DNA of 64,000 nucleotides from Alphaproteobacteria bacterium (GCA_965214705.1 CBDCCI010000001.1:288001-352000); one strand, 5' to 3'. Positions 47,672-59,725 are shown, counted from the stretch's first letter. The notes: a model not told the origin generated them from the letters alone. Program-made: numbers and translations.

Positions 47672-47796
47672 CCCCCAAACTCGCACACCGATAGACCCAT
47701 TCATACCCCCAGCCCGCCCAGCGCTTGGACCGATGGCTGCGGGGTCTATAGTAGGTGCGAGTTGTCCCGGACTGCGAAAACTCTGAGTTCTTGGCG

Positions 47797-48664
47797 ATGA
47801 GCACCGCTCTCTACGTCCCGCTCGACAATCGCGGGATCGTCTCCGTGGACGGTCCCGAGGCGGTCCCCTTCCTCCAGGGATTGATCTCCAACGATATCGA
47901 GCGTGTGACCGAGGCGCGCGGCATCTACGCGGCGCTGCTGACACCCCAGGGCAAGTTCCTCCACGATTTCTTCGTGCTGCGGCAAGGGGATGGCTACCTG
48001 CTCGACTGCGAAGGGCCGCGCGTCGGCGATCTCGGGGGCCGGCTGGTGGCCTACAGGCTGCGTGCCGACATCCAGCTCGCGGACGCGACCGAGGATTTTC
48101 AGGTGGTGGCGCTCTTCGGCGGGGAGGGCGCTGACGATGCGTTCGGCCTGCCGTCCGGCGAAGGCAGCGCGGTGCCGTGCGAAGGCGGCACCCTCATGCG
48201 CGATCCCAGGCACGCGGCGCTGGGGCTTCGCGCGGTCCTGCCCCGCGACGTGGACCTCGCGTTCCTGGAAGAAGCGGGCTTCGCCAAGGGCCACGTCGCC
48301 GACTACGAGCGCCACCGCATCGCCCACGGTGCGCCCGACGGCAGCCGCGACATGGAGGTCGGCCGGGCGACGCTGATGGAGTGCGGTTTCGAAGCGCTCA
48401 ACGGCGTCGACTTCGAGAAGGGCTGCTACGTCGGCCAGGAGCTGACGGCACGCACCAAGCATCGCGGCCTGGTGCGCCGGCAGCTCGCACCCGTTGCGCT
48501 GGACGGGCCGCTGCCGCCCAGCGGCACGCCGATCATGGCGGGCGAGCGGGAGGTGGGCGAGATCCGCTCAGGGCTGGACGACGTCGCGCTCGCGGTGCTG
48601 CGCCTGGAAAGGATCGCCGCGGCTGCCGAGGCGGGAGAACCGCTCACCGCAGGCGAAGCGCGGG

Positions 48665-48687
<23 letters not shown>
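47797..48687 (+). CDS. ygfZ: folate-binding Fe-S/tRNA modification protein YgfZ
   Basis: FLQGL, LTPQGK, KGCYVGQE signature. Confidence 0.95.
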
Positions 48688-51358
<2,671 letters not shown>

Positions 51359-51407
51359 CGCTCAGAGTCCCGTCCCGGACATGCCTGTTGGCAGAGCAGC
51401 CCTCTCA

Positions 51408-51498
51408 TCGTCATGGCCGGGCTTGTCCCGACCATCTCGTCGCGCCAGGCGATGCTGTGCGTATTCGTGGATGCCCGGATCAAGTCCGGGCATGACGA
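51408..51498. repeat. alphaproteobacterial REP/RPE-like palindromic doublet
   Basis: CGTCATGGCCGGGCTTGTCCCGACCATC ... GTGGATGCCCGGATCAAGTCCGGGCATGACG: two inverted GTCATG-type units, each with an internal hairpin. Confidence 0.85.
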
Positions 51499-51542
51499 AA
51501 GGGGGGACGCTGGAAGCGGTCATGTCCGTTTCTGGGCCACGC

Positions 51543-53633
51543 TCAGCCCTCGATCTTCGAGAAGTCGGCGACGCGATCCAGCGTGGCGCGGATTTGCGAG
51601 AGCATCAGGAGCCGGTTGCGTCGCAGTGCAGGGTCGTCGCAGTTGACCGTGACGTTGTCGAAGAAGGCGTCGATGGGAGCGCGGAGTGGCGCCATGATCG
51701 TAACTGTGTGGTGGAACGCTTCTTTACTAAGCATGTGCTCAGCTAGTTGGTTGGCCTTGAAGATTTGCTCGTTGAGGGCGCGCTCGTCCTCCTCGGTGAA
51801 GAGCGTTGGATCGGGCTCGCCTTCGTAGCACCTGCCGTCCTTTTTCTCCTCGATCCGCAGGATGTTAGCGGCACGACGATAGGCAGTAAGCAAGTTGGCA
51901 CTGTCCTCGCTGTCGAGGAAAGACGTGAGCGCGTCGACGCGAGCTAGCAGGCGCACCAGATCGTCTTCACCGCCCTCCACTGCAAAGACGGCGCTGACGA
52001 GATCGTGGCGAACGCCCTTATCTCGAAGAGCTACCTTGAGTCGATCAGCGAAGAATGCGAGCAGCGCGTCGCGGGTGGCCTCCGGCACCGGTTCCGCCGG
52101 CAGCAGATTGTCGTAACCGTCAAGTGCCTTTGACAGCACGCCGGCGAGTGAAAGCCGCAGCCGGTTCTCGAGGATGAGTCGAATGACCCCGAGGGCAGAA
52201 CGGCGCAGCGCGAAGGGGTCCTTGGAGCCAGTAGGCCGCTCGTCGATCGCGAAGAAGCCAGCCAGGGTGTCAAGCTTGTCCGCGAGCGCAACAGCGACGC
52301 TCACCGGCTCCGTCGGAATTAAGTCGTCCCGCCCCTGCGGTGCGTAGTGCGAGGCAATGGCCCTGTATACTTCCGGGTTCTCCGGCTTGTCTTGTCGCTC
52401 CGCGTAGAGGCTACCCACAAGCCCCTGAAGCTCCGGGAACTCGCCCACCATCTGGGTCACGAGATCGGCCTTGCACAAGAGTCCGGCGCGCGCTGCGTTG
52501 TCAGGGTCGGCCCCCTCGATCCTCTGGCAGAGGGTGCGCGCCAGCCTCGCAACGCGCTGCGCTTTCTCGTGCATGGAGCCGAGGCGGGCATGGAAGACCA
52601 CACCCTCAAGCTGCGGCAGGCGGTCGATGAGTTTCTGTCGCTTGTCTTGCTCCCAGAAGAACTGGGCATCGGCTAGGCGCGCGCGCAGCACCCGCTCGTT
52701 GCCGGCGATGACAGCAGCGCCGTTCTCCGCAGTCTCGGCATTCGAGACCATGACGAAACGCGGTGGAGCCTGAAGGATCCCTCTCGTTATGGGGAAGTAA
52801 CGCTGATGCGTTCTCATCGCGGAACGCAGCACCTCCTCCGGCAGGTCCATGAAGCGCTGGTCGAAGCGGCCCATCAAGACCACCGGCCATTCCACGAGGC
52901 CCGCGTTCTCTTCCACCAGCCCGTCGTCCTGGGCGAGCACGAAGCCCGCGCTTTCTGCAAGGGCTTCGGCCTTGGTCCTAATTTTTTGCTCCCGCTCCTC
53001 CGGGTCCAGCATCACCTTCGCGGCTTCGAGGGTAGTCTCGTAGTCGTCCGCACGCTTGATGGAGATCGGTCCGCCGGAGAGGAAGCGGTGGCCCTGTGTC
53101 GCGCGTCCGCTCTCGATCGTGCCGAAGCGGAAGGGCACCACATCGCCACCCAACAGGCAGAGGATCGAGCGGATGGGGCGCACCCAGCGCACGCCACTCC
53201 CATCCCAACGCATGGACTTGGGCCAGGAGACGGCGACCAGAGCCTGTGGCAACAGGTCGGCGAGGAGGTCGGAGGTGGGGCGTCCCTTCTCCTGCGTGAC
53301 CGCGAACCAGACCGGGCCCTTGGGAGTCTCCCGCTGCTCGCAGTCGTCGAGCGTGAGGCCGGTGGACTTGAGGAATCCGTCTATTGCCTTCTGTGGCGCA
53401 TCGACGCGCGGGCCCTTGCGCTCCACCGTGATGTCGGGTTGCACCGCCGGCAGTTTGGGTACGATCAGAGCTAGACGGCGCGGCGTCGCGAAGGACTGCA
53501 CGCCCTCGGCGTCGAACACGAGACGGGCCTCCTCCAGCCGGGAGAGGACCTGCTTCTTCAACTGGTCCGCACCGCCCTCCTGCATCCGCGCGGGGATCTC
53601 TTCGGACAGAACCTCCAGCAGCAGGTCAGGCAT
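51543..53633 (-). CDS. glyS: glycine-tRNA ligase beta subunit
   Basis: EEIPA, TPRRL, WPKSMRW, WVRP, GNERV, KADL...EFPELQG, PTGSKDPFALRR. Confidence 0.98.
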   Translation of the reverse strand: MPDLLLEVLSEEIPARMQEGGADQLKKQVLSRLEEARLVFDAEGVQSFATPRRLALIVPKLPAVQPDITVERKGPRVDAPQKAIDGFLKSTGLTLDDCEQRETPKGPVWFAVTQEKGRPTSDLLADLLPQALVAVSWPKSMRWDGSGVRWVRPIRSILCLLGGDVVPFRFGTIESGRATQGHRFLSGGPISIKRADDYETTLEAAKVMLDPEEREQKIRTKAEALAESAGFVLAQDDGLVEENAGLVEWPVVLMGRFDQRFMDLPEEVLRSAMRTHQRYFPITRGILQAPPRFVMVSNAETAENGAAVIAGNERVLRARLADAQFFWEQDKRQKLIDRLPQLEGVVFHARLGSMHEKAQRVARLARTLCQRIEGADPDNAARAGLLCKADLVTQMVGEFPELQGLVGSLYAERQDKPENPEVYRAIASHYAPQGRDDLIPTEPVSVAVALADKLDTLAGFFAIDERPTGSKDPFALRRSALGVIRLILENRLRLSLAGVLSKALDGYDNLLPAEPVPEATRDALLAFFADRLKVALRDKGVRHDLVSAVFAVEGGEDDLVRLLARVDALTSFLDSEDSANLLTAYRRAANILRIEEKKDGRCYEGEPDPTLFTEEDERALNEQIFKANQLAEHMLSKEAFHHTVTIMAPLRAPIDAFFDNVTVNCDDPALRRNRLLMLSQIRATLDRVADFSKIEG

Positions 53634-53636
53634 GGC

Positions 53637-54509
53637 CTACTTCGACCCCGCCAGCCAGGCCTCGCAGCAGGCCTTGGCCAGCGCGCGCACGCGCCCGATA
53701 TAGGCCGCGCGCTCCACCACGCTGATCGCGCCGCGCGCATCCAGCAGGTTGAAGAGGTGGCTGGCCTTCATGCACTGGTCGTAGGCCGGCAGCGCCAGCG
53801 GCTTGTCGCCCGAGAGCAGCGCGGTGCACTCGGCCTCCGCGTCCTCGAAGTGGCTGCGCAGGCGGTCGATATCGGCGTGCTCGAAGTTGAAGGCTGAGAA
53901 CTCGCGCTCGGCACGCAGGAACACGTCGCCGTAGACCGTGCCGTGGCCGTCCCAATCCAGGTCGTAGACGTTGTCGACGCCCTGCACGTACATGGCGAGG
54001 CGCTCCATGCCGTAGGTGAGCTCGACCGGGACCGGGTCGCAGTCGATCCCGCCCACCTGCTGGAAGTAGGTGAACTGGGTGACCTCCATGCCGTCGCACC
54101 AGACCTCCCAGCCGAGGCCCCAGGCGCCCAGCGTCGGGCTCTCCCAATCGTCCTCGACGAAGCGGATGTCGTGGGCGTGAACGTCGATGCCGAGCGCGCC
54201 CAGGCTGCCGAGGTACTGGTCCTGCACGTCCTCGGGCGCGGGCTTCAGGAGCACCTGGAACTGGTAGTAGTGCTGGAGCCGGTTGGGGTTCTCGCCGTAG
54301 CGGCCGTCGCCGGGCCGGCGGGAGGGCTGCACGTAGGCCGTGCGCCAGGGCTCAGGCCCCAGGCTGCGCAACGTGGTCGCGGGATGGAAGGTGCCGGCGC
54401 CGACCTCCATATCGTAGGGCTGCAGGATGACGCAGCCGCGCTCCGCCCAATAGGCCTGCAGGCCAAGGATGAGCGACTGGAACGACCGGTCGCGGCTGTT
54501 GGCGTCCAT
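53637..54509 (-). CDS. glyQ: glycine-tRNA ligase alpha subunit
   Basis: [39 protein letters not shown]. Confidence 0.99.
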   Translation of the reverse strand: MDANSRDRSFQSLILGLQAYWAERGCVILQPYDMEVGAGTFHPATTLRSLGPEPWRTAYVQPSRRPGDGRYGENPNRLQHYYQFQVLLKPAPEDVQDQYLGSLGALGIDVHAHDIRFVEDDWESPTLGAWGLGWEVWCDGMEVTQFTYFQQVGGIDCDPVPVELTYGMERLAMYVQGVDNVYDLDWDGHGTVYGDVFLRAEREFSAFNFEHADIDRLRSHFEDAEAECTALLSGDKPLALPAYDQCMKASHLFNLLDARGAISVVERAAYIGRVRALAKACCEAWLAGSK

Positions 54510-54609
54510 CGAAGGTCAACGATTCGGATAAATGGGCGGGCGGACAATGCCCCCCGCTTAGGCAGCGGTCAACCGCGCGGATGCCCCGCAGTTGCCGCGG
54601 GAGTGTGCG

Positions 54610-54762
54610 TTAGCGGCGGTTGTCGTCGATGTTCTGATGCTCCTCGTGCTCGAGCGGCTCCGCGGCCTTGGCCTTGGCGCGCACCCGGCCGATTGCCTTG
54701 AAGCCGAACCAGACGGCCGCAATCAGCACCACGAGGATTAGCAGCTTCATCGGGCTAAACAT
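54610..54762 (-). CDS. 50-aa single-TM small protein (absent from ORF track)
   Basis: MFSPMKLLILVVLIAAVWFGFKAIGRVRAKAKAAEPLEHEEHQNIDDNRR*; GAG upstream, GC-rich third positions. Confidence 0.65.
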   Translation of the reverse strand: MFSPMKLLILVVLIAAVWFGFKAIGRVRAKAKAAEPLEHEEHQNIDDNRR

Positions 54763-54891
54763 GTCTCACGCTCCCGTCACACGACGCACCGCGCAGCTAG
54801 GGCCGCCAGCGCACCGCCCTGTTTGACGGTCACTCTGAAGCCCCCGCGCGGGCAGGTCAAGCGTTGTCTCGGAGTTGTGAACTGGGCGGGA

Positions 54892-54920
54892 TTGACGCTG
54901 CACGGGCTAACAGCCATCGT
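54892..54920 (+). promoter_or_regulatory. sigma70-type promoter giving a probably leaderless glycosyltransferase mRNA
   Basis: TTGACG-N17-CATCGT, with GTG start exactly 7 nt downstream. Confidence 0.5.
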
Positions 54921-54927
54921 CCGCCCC

Positions 54928-55629
54928 GTGCCGCCCGCCTTCAGCATCGTGATTCCGACCCTCGACGCCGCCGGCGTGCTCGGCGCGACCCTTGCCGACA
55001 TCGCACCCGGCGTCGCCCGGCTTGAAGAGCGCGGGACGGCGGCCGAGGTCGTGGTCGCCGACGGCGGCTCGCGGGATGGCACCGCCGACGAAGCCCGCCG
55101 CCACGGCGCGCGCGTGGTCGAGACGGAGGCCGGCCGCGGCCGGCAGCTGGCGGCGGGAGCGGAGGCGGCAGGAGGCGCGTGGCTGCTCTTCCTCCACGCC
55201 GACACGCGTCCGGCACCGGGGTGGGACGCGGAGGTGAACGCCTTCATCGCCCAGCCCGCAAACCAAGGCTGTGCCGCTTGCTTCCGCTTCGCCCTCGACG
55301 ACCGGGCCGTCGCCGCGCGCCTGCTGGAGCGGCTGGTGGCGCTGCGGTGCTGGTTGTTCGCGCTGCCCTATGGCGACCAGGGGCTCCTGATCCACCGCAG
55401 CCTGTACGAGGCGCTGTGCGGCTTCCGCCCGCTGCCGATGATGGAGGATGTGGACCTCGTGCGCCGGATCGGCCGGCGGCGGCTCGCCTACCTGGCGACG
55501 CCGGCAGTCACCTCGGCCGTGCGCTTTCGGCACGCGGGATACCTGCCCCGCATGCTGCGCAATCTCTGCTGCCTGCTGCTCTTCTCCTTCGGCGTGAGGG
55601 CCGAGACGGTGGCGAGGCTCTACGGATGA
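54928..55629 (+). CDS. GT2 glycosyltransferase (TIGR04283-like)
   Basis: SIVIPTL, DGGSRDGT, GRGRQL..G, LFLHADT, PYGDQG, MEDV. Confidence 0.85.
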   Translation: MPPAFSIVIPTLDAAGVLGATLADIAPGVARLEERGTAAEVVVADGGSRDGTADEARRHGARVVETEAGRGRQLAAGAEAAGGAWLLFLHADTRPAPGWDAEVNAFIAQPANQGCAACFRFALDDRAVAARLLERLVALRCWLFALPYGDQGLLIHRSLYEALCGFRPLPMMEDVDLVRRIGRRRLAYLATPAVTSAVRFRHAGYLPRMLRNLCCLLLFSFGVRAETVARLYG

Positions 55630-56387
55630 GGCGCCACCTCGCGATCTTCGTCAAGGAGCCAAGGCTCGGCCGGGCCAAGGCGCGCCTCGCCCGCGATGTC
55701 GGGCACGGAGAAGCCTGGCAGTTCTATCGGAGGCTGGTGCGCCGGGTGCTGCCGCCGCTCGCCCGCGATCCGCGCTGGAGCGCGTGGCTGGCGACGACGC
55801 CGGACCACTGGCGCGGGCAGGAGCCCTTCTGGCCCTTCGCCCTGCCCCACCTTGAGCAGGGCTCAGGCGATGTCGGCCAGCGCATGCTATGCGTCTTCCG
55901 CAGCCTGCCGCCGGGGCCCGCGATCATCGTCGGCAGCGACATTCCGGGCCTCACGCCTGCCCACGTGGCGCGCGGCTTCGCGGCGCTGGGCCGCGCCGAC
56001 ATGGTGCTGGGACCTGCGGAGGACGGCGGCTATTGGCTGATCGGGTTGGGGCCGCGGGCCCGCGCAATCGACCCCTTCCAGGGCGTGCGCTGGTCGAGCC
56101 CGTGGGCGTTGGCCGATACCGAGCACGCGCTGCCTACGGGGTTTCGGCTCGCGCTGGTCGACCGCCTTGCCGATGTCGACGACGGGGCCGCGTATTGGAA
56201 TTGGCGTGCCCGCACGAGGGGGACTTCAAGCCCCTGCACTCAGGCGAGCGACTCTTTGCGTTTGCGCGCTCAGGCGAGTGAGTCGTTGATTTCGCGCGCT
56301 CAGGAGAGCGCGACGCACTCGATCTCGATGTCGAACTCCATCGGCCAGGACGCCATGGCGACGAAGGTCCTCGCCGGCGGGTCGTGA
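55626..56387 (+). CDS. DUF2064 / TIGR04282-like glycosyltransferase
   Basis: IFVKEP..G.AK.RL, QGSGDVGQRM, IVGSDIP, GPAEDGGYWLIG, VRWSS, LADVD; ATGA overlap with upstream GT; C-terminus runs on into ridA. Confidence 0.82.
   Translation: MRRHLAIFVKEPRLGRAKARLARDVGHGEAWQFYRRLVRRVLPPLARDPRWSAWLATTPDHWRGQEPFWPFALPHLEQGSGDVGQRMLCVFRSLPPGPAIIVGSDIPGLTPAHVARGFAALGRADMVLGPAEDGGYWLIGLGPRARAIDPFQGVRWSSPWALADTEHALPTGFRLALVDRLADVDDGAAYWNWRARTRGTSSPCTQASDSLRLRAQASESLISRAQESATHSISMSNSIGQDAMATKVLAGGS
56232..56310. repeat. three degenerate 30-bp direct repeats
   Basis: CTCAGG(C/A)GAG at 56239, 56269, 56299. Confidence 0.65.
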
Positions 56388-56692
56388 GGGAAGTAGCGCC
56401 CGTAGATCTCGTTCACGATCCGGTAGTAGGCTGCGTTGGTGACGAAGACCTGGCACTTCACCACGCGGTCGAGCGAGGAGCCCGCGCTCTCCAGCGTGTG
56501 CTTCAGCACCTCCATCACCTGCTCGGTCTGCACGTCGATTCCGCCCTTCACCATTTGGCCTGAATCGAGATCAAGGGGCGGCAGACCCGAGACGTAGAGG
56601 AAGCCGCCCGCGCGCACGCAGGGCGAGAGCGGCACGCCGATCTCGCGTATCGCGTCTGAGAGCTTGGGGATCTCGACGATTTCCTTTTCCAC
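56300..56692 (-). CDS. RidA/YjgF family protein
   Basis: LYVSG, QTEQVM, SLDRVVK, NEIYGRYF, PARTF, DIEIECVA. Confidence 0.92.
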   Translation of the reverse strand: MEKEIVEIPKLSDAIREIGVPLSPCVRAGGFLYVSGLPPLDLDSGQMVKGGIDVQTEQVMEVLKHTLESAGSSLDRVVKCQVFVTNAAYYRIVNEIYGRYFPHDPPARTFVAMASWPMEFDIEIECVALS

Positions 56693-56704
56693 CTTCTCCT
56701 CCTC

Positions 56705-57253
56705 TTAAGCAGCGCCTCGGCGCTCCGTTTCTTGCAAGCGCGGCATCAGCTCGACCAGGTTGCAGGGGCGCCAGCGGTAGTCGAGCTGGTAGCGCAGGAT
56801 CTTGTCCCAGCCGTCCTTGCAGGCGCCCGGCGAACCGGGCAGCGCGAACAGGTAGGTGCCGCCGGCGACACCGCCCGTGGTACGCGACTGCAGGGTGGAC
56901 GTGCCGATCAGGTCGTAGCTGAGCTGGCGGAACAGCTCGCCGAAGCCGGGTATCTCCTTCTCGTAGACGTCGTGGAAGGCCTCCGGGGTAATATCGCGGC
57001 CGGTCACGCCGGTGCCGCCGGTGGCGATCACCACGTCGACTTCGGGATCGGCGATCCAGCCCCGGAGCGCCGCCACGATCTCCGCCCGCTCGTCGGCTAT
57101 GATGCGGCGGTCGGCGACGTGGTGGCCGGCGCCTTCGATCCGCTCCACCAGCACCCGGCCCGAGCGATCCTCGGCGAGCCCGCGGCTGTCCGAGACCGTG
57201 AGCACCGCGATGTTGACGGCGCGGAAAGGCCGCTTCTCGTCGATCCCGATCAT
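56705..57253 (-). CDS. moaB: molybdenum cofactor biosynthesis protein B
   Basis: IAVLTVSD, DRSG, TGGTG.T.RD.TPEA, GFGELFR, LPGSPGAC, PCN. Confidence 0.95.
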   Translation of the reverse strand: MIGIDEKRPFRAVNIAVLTVSDSRGLAEDRSGRVLVERIEGAGHHVADRRIIADERAEIVAALRGWIADPEVDVVIATGGTGVTGRDITPEAFHDVYEKEIPGFGELFRQLSYDLIGTSTLQSRTTGGVAGGTYLFALPGSPGACKDGWDKILRYQLDYRWRPCNLVELMPRLQETERRGAA

Positions 57254-58089
57254 GGCGCCGTCTCTCCATTCTTCATCTTGTCCTCGATGTCCAGCAGGTC
57301 GCGCCAGACCTCGCGCTTCGCAGACGGTGTGCGCAGCAGGTAGGCGGGGTGGAATGTCGCCGTGGCCTGGATCGTCCCCTCCATGCGCGGGGTCGCGAAG
57401 GGGAACCACTGGCCCCGCAGGCGGGTAATGCCCTCCCGCCGGTTGAGCAGAGCCTTCGCGGCGATGCCGCCCACCAGCACCAGGATGCGGGGCGCGATCA
57501 GCTCGATCTGGCGCTCCAGGAAGGGCTGGCAGATGGCGAGCTCCTCGGCGGTGGGCGAGCGGTTGCCGGGCGGCCGCCAGGGCAGCATGTTGGTGATGTA
57601 GACGGCTGAGCGGTCGAGGCCGATGGCGGCCAGCATCCGGTCCAGCAGCCGACCCGCCGGCCCGACGAAGGGGAGGCCCTGGCGGTCCTCCTCGGCGCCC
57701 GGCGCCTCGCCCACGATCATCAGCGCCGCTTGGGGGTTGCCGTCGCCGATTACGGTGTTGGTCGCCGTGCGCTTGAGCGCGCAGCCGTCGAAGGCGCGCA
57801 CGGCCGCCACCAGCTGATCGAGACTGATGCAGGCTGCGGCGATCTCCTGCGCGCTCCAAGTGGCATCACCGGGCGGAAGCAGGGGTGCGGTCGGTGGTGG
57901 CTGTGCGGGCCCGGCGGCTGGCGGCGGGGACGCCGCGACGGGCTCGGGCGTTGGCGGGGGCGTGGCTGCAATAGCCTGCTCGTCGGCTGCTTCCCGGTAG
58001 CGATCGCGCGGCGCGTGGTCGATCGCCTGGTCGACGCCGGCAAGCGTGTACCACTCCAGAAGCGCCCGGATCGCCTGGTCACCGCTCAT
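57250..58089 (-). CDS. family 4 uracil-DNA glycosylase
   Basis: GEAPGAEED, PFVGPAG, PWRPPGNR, HPAYLLR. Confidence 0.94.
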   Translation of the reverse strand: MSGDQAIRALLEWYTLAGVDQAIDHAPRDRYREAADEQAIAATPPPTPEPVAASPPPAAGPAQPPPTAPLLPPGDATWSAQEIAAACISLDQLVAAVRAFDGCALKRTATNTVIGDGNPQAALMIVGEAPGAEEDRQGLPFVGPAGRLLDRMLAAIGLDRSAVYITNMLPWRPPGNRSPTAEELAICQPFLERQIELIAPRILVLVGGIAAKALLNRREGITRLRGQWFPFATPRMEGTIQATATFHPAYLLRTPSAKREVWRDLLDIEDKMKNGETAP

Positions 58090-58195
58090 CCAAGGCACGA
58101 TATCAGACCCGCCCCGCGCGGGCGATTGCAACGCCCGGCCCGGCGGCTCAGGATGGGGCGAACCGGCCATTCACACGCGGCAGGGGGAGAGAGGG

Positions 58196-59206
58196 ATGAG
58201 CGACTACGAGATTTTCGACGCGGGCGATGTGGTGCTGCAGAAGGGCGCGACGCTCAGGGACGCCAAGCTCGCCTACAAGACCTACGGCACGCTGAACGCC
58301 AAGAAGGACAACGTCATCATCCAGCCGACCTGGTATTCCGGCCATCACACCGACGTGGAGTGGACCATCGGCGAGGACCAGGCCCTCGACCCCCGGCAGT
58401 ACTTCATCATCGTGCCGAACATGCTGGGCAACGGCCTCTCGTCGTCGCCAAGCAACACGCCGGCGCCCTACGACAAGGCGCGCTTCCCCGGCGTGACGGC
58501 CTGCGACAACGTGCGCCTGCAGCACCGGCTCGTCACCGAGGTGTTCGGAATCGAAAGGATCAAGCTCGTAACCGGATGGTCCATGGGCGCGCTGCAGACC
58601 TTCCACTGGGGCTGCCTCTACCCGGACATGGTGGAGCGCATCGTGCCGACCTGCGGCTCCGCCAAGTGCTCGCGCCACAACTTCGTGTTCCTGGAAGGCG
58701 TGAAGGCGGCGCTCACCGCCGACGACGCGTGGAACAACGGCTGGTACGACGCGCCGCCCACCAAGGGGCTCCGCGCCATGGCGCGGGTCTATGCGGGCTG
58801 GGGTTTCTCCCAGACCTTCTACCGGGTGGAGGAGGACCTCAAGCTCGGCTTCTCATCGCTCGAGGATTTTCTGGTCGCGTTCTGGGAGGGGTTCTTCATT
58901 CACAAGGACGCGAACAACCTGCTCGCCATGCTGTGGACTTGGCAGAACGGCGATATTGGCGACAACGAGCTCTACAGCGGCGACTTCAAGAAGGCGCTCG
59001 CCGGGATCAAGGCCAAGGCCATCGTCATGCCGGGGCGCACCGACCTCTACTTCCCGCCGGAGGACAGCGAGATCGAGGTCGCCAACATGCCGAACGCCGA
59101 GCTGCGCGTGTTCGAGTCCTACTACGGCCACTTCGCCTCGAGCTTCCTCAACCCGGCGGACGTGGACTTCCAGAACGAGGCGATCAGAGAGATTTTGGTA
59201 AGCTAA
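58196..59206 (+). CDS. homoserine O-acetyltransferase-like alpha/beta hydrolase
   Basis: YKTYGTLN, GNGLSSSPSN, GWSMG nucleophile elbow, DLYFPP, GH. Confidence 0.85.
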   Translation: MSDYEIFDAGDVVLQKGATLRDAKLAYKTYGTLNAKKDNVIIQPTWYSGHHTDVEWTIGEDQALDPRQYFIIVPNMLGNGLSSSPSNTPAPYDKARFPGVTACDNVRLQHRLVTEVFGIERIKLVTGWSMGALQTFHWGCLYPDMVERIVPTCGSAKCSRHNFVFLEGVKAALTADDAWNNGWYDAPPTKGLRAMARVYAGWGFSQTFYRVEEDLKLGFSSLEDFLVAFWEGFFIHKDANNLLAMLWTWQNGDIGDNELYSGDFKKALAGIKAKAIVMPGRTDLYFPPEDSEIEVANMPNAELRVFESYYGHFASSFLNPADVDFQNEAIREILVS

Positions 59207-59249
59207 AATTGGCGAGCGAGATGAATGTCGCTCGAAGAGGGGGGACCGT

Positions 59250-59594
59250 TCAGGCGGCGTCGCGGGGACCGGAGCGCCAGGTAACGGCCTCACGCAGGCC
59301 GTCGAGCAGCCCTTCGAGCCGCGCCATGCGCTCCCGCAGCTCCGCTTGGCCTTCGCGCAACTCTGTTTGCCCCTCGCGCAAGGCAGCGATGTCGTCCTTC
59401 AACTCCGAGCGCAGGCCGGCAATGTCACCCTTCAACTCTGAGCGCAGCTCGGCGATGCTACCCTCGAGTCTGCGGGCATCGCCCTTAGCTTCTGCACGAG
59501 TGGACCGCATGTCCCCGCGCATCCACGCGAAGAGCCCGATGACCAGGGCGGCGAGGCCCACGAAGCCGCCGATCTCGACCATGACGGCCCACAA
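59250..59594 (-). CDS. N-terminal TM, coiled-coil hypothetical protein
   Basis: Hydrophobic GGFVGLAALVIGLFAW then 11-aa repeats IAELRSELKGD/IAGLRSELKDD and LREGQ repeats, ending RMARLEG. Confidence 0.75.
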   Translation of the reverse strand: MWAVMVEIGGFVGLAALVIGLFAWMRGDMRSTRAEAKGDARRLEGSIAELRSELKGDIAGLRSELKDDIAALREGQTELREGQAELRERMARLEGLLDGLREAVTWRSGPRDAA

Positions 59595-59725
59595 TCACCC
59601 GCGCGTTGAGCGCTCGTCAACGAGAAAGCTGCGGATATGACACGATCGTCATATCCGTGGACAGCGATGGTTATATCGGGTGGGCCACGCCAAAGTGATG
59701 GAGATAGGTTTCCGTCAGCAAAGCC

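Noticed and set aside
56232-56310. 30-bp periodic repeats as a mini CRISPR array
   Set aside because: Period too short, only about 10-15 nt conserved, no cas genes; the unit copies the ridA 3' end
57254-57859. Apparent long N-terminal fusion on MoaB
   Set aside because: Alternative frame overlapping the uracil-DNA glycosylase; the true start overlaps the UDG stop (ATGA)
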